From: a bacterium
GTDB lineage: Bacteria; Patescibacteriota; Minisyncoccia; Phycocordibacterales; UBA6899
DNA: 64,000 nt
NCBI GenBank assembly: GCA_021851895.1
Contig: JAJZQJ010000006.1
Location: 13,861-77,860 of the forward strand
Reading direction: 5' to 3'
Shown here: one piece after another, positions 58,185 to 64,000 of the stretch
How positions within the stretch are numbered: the first letter of the stretch is position 1
Layout: each line of letters starts with the position of its first letter
The notes under the pieces: model-generated
The model's database searches: none
What the model saw: only the letters and a program-made list of their open reading frames with translations
Told to the model about the DNA's origin: nothing
Program-made: the position numbers and the translations under genes

Positions 58185-58267
58185 GTTCACGATAACCCTC
58201 CTTAAAGATCTGAGGTTTCTCTTCCCTATTACTAACATGAATGAAAAAAGTCGCAAGGATGCGACTT

Positions 58268-58612
58268 TTATGCATGCTGGATCTTACGACCTGAAATAGA
58301 AGGGAGCTCTTTCAGGAGGTCTAAGACAAGCGAAATAGCGAAATAGCAAATAGAGAGGAGAAGGAGGATCGTAACCGCTTTCGTCGAGAGGAATGCACCA
58401 AAGAGGTAGCGTGTCTTATCGAAGAAACCGAATGCGGCCATATTATGGAGCACTGCACCATAGGAAACATAATGCGTCGAAACGAAGATGCTTAAAAGAA
58501 GCGCATAGGTTTTGCGAGCATGAGGAAAGAAGAAATGACGCAAAAACGCGATTGCGCGGACTCTTCTCATGATACGTTGTTCGAGTTGTGTTTGCATGAT
58601 ATTTCTATTCAA
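58268..58612 (-). CDS. Small membrane protein, putative anti-sigma factor
   Basis: 114 aa with two TM segments; start overlaps the sigma-factor stop by 4 nt. Confidence 0.35.
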   Translation of the reverse strand: MNRNIMQTQLEQRIMRRVRAIAFLRHFFFPHARKTYALLLSIFVSTHYVSYGAVLHNMAAFGFFDKTRYLFGAFLSTKAVTILLLLSICYFAISLVLDLLKELPSISGRKIQHA

Positions 58613-59223
58613 ATCAATTCACCCCCTTTGCGCGCGGCGACCTCAAGCGCATGCTTTCCTCTATAGATCCTTGTCTTTACCGCAGCGAGCGTGAGGCCCT
58701 CCATAGCCGCGATTTCCTTTTGCGAATATTCTTCAAGAAAGAAGAGGCGGAGCGGCCGCGCAAATACTTCAGGTATCTTTCCGAGAAGATCGCGGACGAG
58801 ATCGCGCATCTCATTATTCCTCACTTCATCATTGGTATCCGCGAGCTGCTCATAGATCTCTGGATCGAGGTCACACTGCAATGCATGTGTGCGCTTCTTA
58901 CGCTGGTATCGCGTGAATGCGGTGTTCATCAGAATGCGATACGCCCATGATCTGAACGTCGCACCTTCGACGTAATGAAATTTATCTGCGTGGATATAGA
59001 TCTTTAGAAACGTCTCCTGGACGACGTCTTCCGCATCCTGCTCGGCTTGCACGATATTGCGGGCCCGGCGGAGAAAAGCGACCTCATAGCGACGAACGAG
59101 CAGCGCGAAGCTCTCTGGATCCTTTCGGGATCGCAAGAGGAGGTCTTCATCGGCAGATGACCCATCAAGCTCGTCCACCAAGACGTCATCAAGTAGCATG
59201 GCTACAGTATGTTCGACTTTCAT
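58609..59223 (-). CDS. RNA polymerase sigma factor, ECF (sigma-70 group 4)
   Basis: Region 2 (DAEDVVQETFLKIY) and region 4 (LTLAAVKTRIYRGKHAL) motifs. Confidence 0.75.
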   Translation of the reverse strand: MKVEHTVAMLLDDVLVDELDGSSADEDLLLRSRKDPESFALLVRRYEVAFLRRARNIVQAEQDAEDVVQETFLKIYIHADKFHYVEGATFRSWAYRILMNTAFTRYQRKKRTHALQCDLDPEIYEQLADTNDEVRNNEMRDLVRDLLGKIPEVFARPLRLFFLEEYSQKEIAAMEGLTLAAVKTRIYRGKHALEVAARKGGELI

Positions 59224-59323
59224 AAAAAAGCAACTGAAGCGTCCATGACGCGTCACCTCCTATTACACGGGAGCCACTCAAAAAGTTGCATAATGTCGAA
59301 ATATGGGCTAATATGGCCATATT

Positions 59324-59899
59324 ATGGCAATTCTTGCATACAACGAAGTAACACAGCGCAAGTTCATCGACTACGAGGGAGAGCCTTTCGAGGTCCTTAC
59401 GTCATGGGTCTTTCGCAAGCAGCAGCGTAAGCCGGTCAACCAGACCAAGCTGCGCAGCCTTATCAATGGCCGCGTGCTCGAGATCACCTTCCACCAGAAC
59501 GATAAGATCGAGGAGGCTGAGGTCGGCACCGCACAGGTGAAGTATCTCTTCTCGAATAAGGGCGAACACTGGTTCTGCGATCCAGAGGATCCAAAGAATC
59601 GCTACACCCTCTCTGACGATATCGCTGGGGAGATCCTTAAGTGGACCAAGACGAACACGGTACTCGACGGCATCACCTATGACGAAAAGGTCATCGGTAT
59701 CCGTCCACCGATCAAGGTGGTCCTCAAGGTCACCGAATGTGCCCCTGCAGTTCGTGGAGACACTTCAGGAAATGCACTAAAGACCGTCGTTGTTGAGACT
59801 GGCGCAAAGGTGAACGTCCCAATGTTCATCAATGAGGGCGACATTATCGAAATCAACACGGAGACTGGCGAATATACTAACCGCGTTGAGAAGGCCTAA
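59324..59899 (+). CDS. efp: Elongation factor P
   Basis: 191 aa; three-domain pattern with GDT...G.KVNVP and GEY motifs; terminator with perfect 17-bp arms at 59896-59934. Confidence 0.85.
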   Translation: MAILAYNEVTQRKFIDYEGEPFEVLTSWVFRKQQRKPVNQTKLRSLINGRVLEITFHQNDKIEEAEVGTAQVKYLFSNKGEHWFCDPEDPKNRYTLSDDIAGEILKWTKTNTVLDGITYDEKVIGIRPPIKVVLKVTECAPAVRGDTSGNALKTVVVETGAKVNVPMFINEGDIIEINTETGEYTNRVEKA

Positions 59900-59962
59900 C
59901 TAAAAAAGAACACACTTTGTGTTCTTTTTTAGTTGATTGCGACCACCACATCGGATGTTATA

Positions 59963-60537
59963 CTATGTTAATGAAAGTAAGAGGCTTCACACTCATCGAA
60001 CTCCTTGTCGTCATTGCGATCATTGGCCTACTCTCAAGCGTCATTCTTGCTTCGCTCGGAACTGCCCGCGCGAAAGCACGCGATGCACAGCGCGTCGCAG
60101 GTGTGCGACAACTCATGAATAGTTTGGAGTTCTATTTTGATGTTAATGGAAAATTCCCACGCTCAGCAAGCTGTGGAGCGACCGTACCCAATACCGGCTG
60201 GTGTAATAGCTGGGAATCCCTAGATGCGAATGGCCACTGGATAAGAGATACAGGTACTCAAGATGTCCTTTCTCCATACATCAATAGGGACTCGATAGAC
60301 CCGGCGCCAAAGTTACCCGTCCTCGCGACATGGCTCACCGAGAATGGTGCATACTATTATTTCTCGAACAATCTCTCTCCTACATATAAAGATATGTACG
60401 TCATTGTATTCAAGCTTGAAAAACCTCCACATCCTATCGAATCCATCGACGGAGTCTATGACTGTCTCGGAAATGCATTTGACTACGGCAATACCTGGCA
60501 AGGAGTAGTATCGATAGGACGTAGCTGTACAAGATAA
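59963..60537 (+). CDS. Type IV pilin-like protein (orphan, outside the main pilus locus)
   Basis: [23 protein letters not shown] class III signal; terminator at 60560-60599 (18-bp arms). Confidence 0.7.
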
Positions 60538-60623
60538 CCGCAAAAATGTTTTTAAGAGTAAAACAAAACACTTTCACGAGAGTGAAAGTGTTTTGTTTTA
60601 CATTCGCGCAAATGCGCAATCCA

Positions 60624-60836
60624 TTATGCAGCGATATATGGCATGAAGCCCATGTAACGACTACGCTTGATTGCGAGGGTCATAGCACGCTGCTGCTTGC
60701 TCTGGAGATTTGTACGCTTCTTGCCCATGATCTGGCCAGCTGGCGTAATGAAGGTGTTCAAAAGTTCAACATCCTTATAATCGAAGTGCTTAAGCCCCTC
60801 GATAGAGATCTCCTTCTTCTTCGTAACTTTTTTCAT
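60624..60836 (-). CDS. rpsR: 30S ribosomal protein S18
   Basis: Start at MKKVTKKKEI; FDYKDVELLNTFIT and AIKRSRYMGFMPY motifs; the longer ORF start is rejected. Confidence 0.85.
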   Translation of the reverse strand: MKKVTKKKEISIEGLKHFDYKDVELLNTFITPAGQIMGKKRTNLQSKQQRAMTLAIKRSRYMGFMPYIAA

Positions 60837-60842
60837 ATTCTT

Positions 60843-60945
60843 GTAGTGAGAAGTGAGAAGCAAGAAGTGAGAAGTATTTCCAGTAGCGCATGTTTTATAC
60901 ATGAATTGCCTTCTTACTTCTTACTTCTTACTTCTTACTATTTCT
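60843..60945. repeat. Inverted arrays of tandem nonamers (AGTGAGAAG x3 at 60843-60872; CTTCTTACT x4 at 60912-60945) in the ssb-rpsR spacer
   Basis: Seen in the sequence. Confidence 0.6.
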
Positions 60946-60948
60946 TAG

Positions 60949-61422
60949 TTAAAAAGGTATGTCATCCGGGTTAATATCATCACTTGGATACTCGATCGTC
61001 TCGAGTTCTGGCATCGGTGCCGATGCGGCAGCCGGTGCGTGTGAAGGAGCTGCTGGTCGAGCGGTGCCACCAAAGTCACTTGCTCCTTGACCTCCTATCT
61101 TTGGACCGAACTGGAAGTTCTCCACAACGATCTCCGTACGATATTGCTTCGTGCCATCCTTAGCATCCCAAGAGCGAGTCTGAATACGACCTTCTACGAA
61201 GATCGGACTCCCCTTCTTCATATAGCGATTGATGGTATCCGCCTGCTGTGCCCATGCGACACAGTTGTGAAACTGTACCTCCTCCTGCTTTGCACCATTC
61301 TTGTCCTTGTAGACACGATTCGTCGCAACTGAGAACTGTACGACCTGTGTCCCTGCGGGGGTCGTCTTCAATTCCGGATCACGGGTTAAGTTGCCGTAGA
61401 TGAATGCCTTGTTGATGTACAT
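60949..61422 (-). CDS. ssb: Single-stranded DNA-binding protein
   Basis: OB-fold N-terminus; Gly-rich linker; C-terminal acidic DDIPF tip. Confidence 0.85.
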   Translation of the reverse strand: MYINKAFIYGNLTRDPELKTTPAGTQVVQFSVATNRVYKDKNGAKQEEVQFHNCVAWAQQADTINRYMKKGSPIFVEGRIQTRSWDAKDGTKQYRTEIVVENFQFGPKIGGQGASDFGGTARPAAPSHAPAAASAPMPELETIEYPSDDINPDDIPF

Positions 61423-61588
61423 ACCATTTGCGGGCCGTATATTTGGGCGCATATGACCTCGCCTCAGCACCCGACTCATTCACCGTACCAACGTACGGCT
61501 CATTTGAGTTCGAGTGCTTCCGGCGGAGGCCACCTGCATCCCAAATCTCTGACCCTTAATTATGTTCAAATAAATAGTGAACTTAGTT

Positions 61589-62068
61589 TTATTCTGCGAT
61601 GAGCTTATCAATAGAAGCGTCGATCTCTGCCTCGCTTGCAACAGGCTGTGCCTCTGCATCTTCTCCATCCTTGCCCTCCTTCTTCTTCTCGAAGAGCTTG
61701 CGTGGAGCCATAGTGTCCTCGCGAACGGTCTTGATAAGCAAGAAGCGGATGACATCCTCGTCTGCCTTCAAGGTCGCAGCGACCTCCTTTGCACCCTTTG
61801 GCTCAGCCTCGAACTTGAACCAACCTGTATAAGCTGACGTATACGTTGCGCGCTTGTTCTGCGCGACCTTCGTCATGGGATAGGCAAGATCGATCTTCTT
61901 CGCAGCACCCTCGGCGATGACGGTGCCATTAATCGAATTGATCGCCTCACGGATCGCAGCAACACGTGCAGCGAGCCCATCCTCGTTCACCGTTGGGACA
62001 ATGAGGAAACCTACTTCGTAGATTCGCTCATCTGCGCCAATGGCGTCAATGGTCATATCTTTTTCCAT
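61589..62068 (-). CDS. rpsF: 30S ribosomal protein S6 (with an acidic C-terminal extension)
   Basis: ERIYEVGFLIVP core; classic rpsF-ssb-rpsR gene order. Confidence 0.8.
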   Translation of the reverse strand: MEKDMTIDAIGADERIYEVGFLIVPTVNEDGLAARVAAIREAINSINGTVIAEGAAKKIDLAYPMTKVAQNKRATYTSAYTGWFKFEAEPKGAKEVAATLKADEDVIRFLLIKTVREDTMAPRKLFEKKKEGKDGEDAEAQPVASEAEIDASIDKLIAE

Positions 62069-62137
62069 GGGGGCACTATAGCAAAGCACATCCGTAAAGT
62101 CAATTTTTTTAGATAGATGAAATTATACAAATGCAAA

Positions 62138-62175
62138 GGTTGTAGGGAATAGGTTATAGGGAATAGGTTTAATGC
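62138..62175. repeat. Solo copy of the TAGGGAATAGG...TTTAATGC repeat
   Basis: ggttgtagggaataggttatagggaataggtttaatgc matches the TIR family. Confidence 0.5.
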
Positions 62176-62219
62176 GAATGCAAATAAAAATGGGCCCCAT
62201 TGGGACCCACTGTAGATGT

Positions 62220-63440
62220 TTATTTATAGTCCATTTTCAATGCTTTGAGCATTTCCCTTCCCTGCTTGTCGAGCTCAGGATCGCGCTCACGCATCGGAAC
62301 GAAATGAGCTGCCGCTCCAGTCGGTAATATGGGATTATCAAGATCGCGCTCGAATTCCGGCTCGTCGTCAGAAGTCCCCTTGAGCCTGATATCCGGGCAA
62401 ACCCCATATCCCTGAACACGCTGATTCGCACCGATGAAATATTCATGCGTCGTCAGTGTCAGTTGACCGAGTCGCCCATTCTTAAGGAGAGAAACAGACT
62501 GGATCACCCCTTTACCGAATGTACGCGGATCCTTACTTGCAACGACTCCGATCTTATAGTGTTGCAGGACGCCGGCAACGATCTCACTACAGGAGGCGGA
62601 GCCCGCATCGACAAGGACGACTACGGGGACGTTGCGTAGCCGCGAGTTATCGACACCGACCGGATCAGGATCAGAAAAGACCCTCTCGACTTTCGTCTTC
62701 GCAGCACTGTTGTAATTCTTTTCGGTAATGAGCAGTACGCCAGGTTTTTTCACGAATGCAGACAGCAGTATGGTCGCATTGCGGAGGAAGCCACCGGGAT
62801 TCCCGCGAAGATCGATCACGACGCCATCGATCTTTCCGAAGGGGGCACTCCCCCATATCGCATTAGTCGCAGCAGTCAACTGCGCCTGGAAACCATTGGC
62901 TTCGAGATCGTTAAAATCCTTGATCTTGATCAGGCCATACCTTCCCGCAAAGACGCTCGCCTCGATCTTTTGTGACGCTTTACCCGGATCCAAAAGATCG
63001 GGCGTCGGTCCCCCTCCTTGTTCTTTGAGTTTTTTGATCGCCTCGAGAACTTCGGATTGCGGCTCATAAGAGGAATGCGGGTCAAGATCTGCGACGAAAC
63101 CGAGCAGCTTCTCTTCAAACTCTTGCTGCGGTATGTCTCGGTAATAACTCTTGCGCACCTTCCACATAACGGGAGCGACTTCAGCAAGCGCATGCACGAA
63201 TTCGGATTTACGATTATAGTCTTCAGCAGAGGTGACCTTTTCTCCGGTCGCCGCCTCGAGTGCGCGCACGCGCTCCAGAGATACTCTTCCCCGTAAGTCG
63301 CGAGGCAAACGATATTCATCGATCTTCCTGAATGCGGGTATGCTGATCGCAGGCCAACAAATGACCGCAAAGAATACGAGAAGGATCACGAATATCGACC
63401 ACCGCTTACGATCCGAATGATCGGGGATCTCCATCAACAT
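62220..63440 (-). CDS. S41-family C-terminal processing peptidase
   Basis: GNPGGF and VVLVDAGSASCSEIVAG catalytic-Ser region; downstream FGKGV with the catalytic Lys. Confidence 0.8.
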   Translation of the reverse strand: MLMEIPDHSDRKRWSIFVILLVFFAVICWPAISIPAFRKIDEYRLPRDLRGRVSLERVRALEAATGEKVTSAEDYNRKSEFVHALAEVAPVMWKVRKSYYRDIPQQEFEEKLLGFVADLDPHSSYEPQSEVLEAIKKLKEQGGGPTPDLLDPGKASQKIEASVFAGRYGLIKIKDFNDLEANGFQAQLTAATNAIWGSAPFGKIDGVVIDLRGNPGGFLRNATILLSAFVKKPGVLLITEKNYNSAAKTKVERVFSDPDPVGVDNSRLRNVPVVVLVDAGSASCSEIVAGVLQHYKIGVVASKDPRTFGKGVIQSVSLLKNGRLGQLTLTTHEYFIGANQRVQGYGVCPDIRLKGTSDDEPEFERDLDNPILPTGAAAHFVPMRERDPELDKQGREMLKALKMDYK

Positions 63441-63531
63441 GGCACCCTCACTTGTACATCTATGCTTACGTTAACGCATGCGGACAAAGTTGCAACTTGC
63501 CAAATCCTCAAAAAGAAACCATTATAAAAAA

Positions 63532-63554
63532 ACGCCCGAGGGCGTATTTTATTT
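63532..63554. terminator. Terminator (acgccc gag ggcgt plus T-run) after the M16 gene
   Basis: Seen in the sequence. Confidence 0.55.
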
Positions 63555-64000
63555 GAATTTCAATTGCTTTCGGAACTGCTTATCATCCTTCCAAGGACCG
63601 ATGATCGCGAGATTCAAACGATTCTCAAGGAAGATCTTCCGAGCGAGCTCCCGAACCTCCTTTGCGGTCACCCTGTTTATACGTTTGATCGCCTCCTCGG
63701 GGCCGATGAACTCATTGCGCAACACCCACTGAAATCCATAGTATTCAGCGAGTTCATCCGATGATTCGAGTCCGAGCAGCATACGACCAGCGAGCATGTC
63801 CTTCGCTTTCTTAAGCTCATCCTTATCGATCAGTTCCTCTGCGAGTCTCTCAAACTCCTCAATGATCGCAGGAATGACCTCGGGTGCACGCATATTGTCG
63901 ACACCAACCGAGGCCGCGAGCACACCGTGATCGGTGAATGCATCATTTGATGCACGCACGTAATACCCGAGACCGAGCTCAACGCGTATCTTATGGAAAA
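63549..64000 (-). CDS. M16-family (insulinase-like) peptidase, C-terminal part; the gene continues past the window edge
   Basis: Peptidase_M16_C-like segment; the reading frame stays open to position 64000. Confidence 0.5.
   Translation of the reverse strand, partial: FHKIRVELGLGYYVRASNDAFTDHGVLAASVGVDNMRAPEVIPAIIEEFERLAEELIDKDELKKAKDMLAGRMLLGLESSDELAEYYGFQWVLRNEFIGPEEAIKRINRVTAKEVRELARKIFLENRLNLAIIGPWKDDKQFRKQLKFK

Overview
64-kb window, about 48% GC, with most genes on the minus strand. Gene content is consistent with a small-genome, Patescibacteria/CPR-like bacterium (inference from content only).

Main blocks:
(1) A type IV pilus (T4P) superlocus in two parts. Part one, 355-5027, has pilC, pilT, a receiver-domain (REC) protein and pilB. 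Part two, 18263-34205, has two REC proteins, three pseudopilins and a pilus-associated hypothetical, a 1354-aa Cys-rich IPT/FN3-like secreted giant, second copies of pilC and pilB, a PilD-like protease, the major pilin, and plus-strand PilM/N- and PilO-like genes.
(2) secDF, a eukaryote-like phosphagen (arginine-kinase family) kinase, a PAP2 phosphatase, and folD.
(3) An envelope cluster: a polyprenyl-P sugar phosphotransferase, a GT4 glycosyltransferase, an FtsW/RodA-type SEDS protein, and a vWA protein.
(4) tatD, a small wHTH/Cas2-like-fold regulator, and a 1285-aa secreted giant with a lipase-like domain plus two lamin-tail domains.
(5) A wHTH regulator followed by three tandem paralogous surface proteins (signal peptide, peptidoglycan-binding domain, conserved FQ[ST]SNLFITN C-terminus), each copy with a duplicated roughly 450-nt upstream non-coding block.
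(6) ftsK, recA, a GalE-like epimerase, an ECF sigma factor with a putative anti-sigma, efp, an orphan pilin, rpsF-ssb-rpsR, an S41 protease and a partial M16 peptidase.

Intergenic space is dominated by strong A/T-flanked hairpin terminators, many of them bidirectional. It also holds a family of TIR-flanked MITE-like mini-elements (TATAGGGAAATGC-type ends), one of which carries a four-helix-bundle (23S-IVS family) gene, and a family of TGTCC/GGACA palindromes placed like operators around the regulator gene, the paralog array and ftsK.

No rRNA, tRNA or CRISPR array was recognised. The proposed new systems are under findings.
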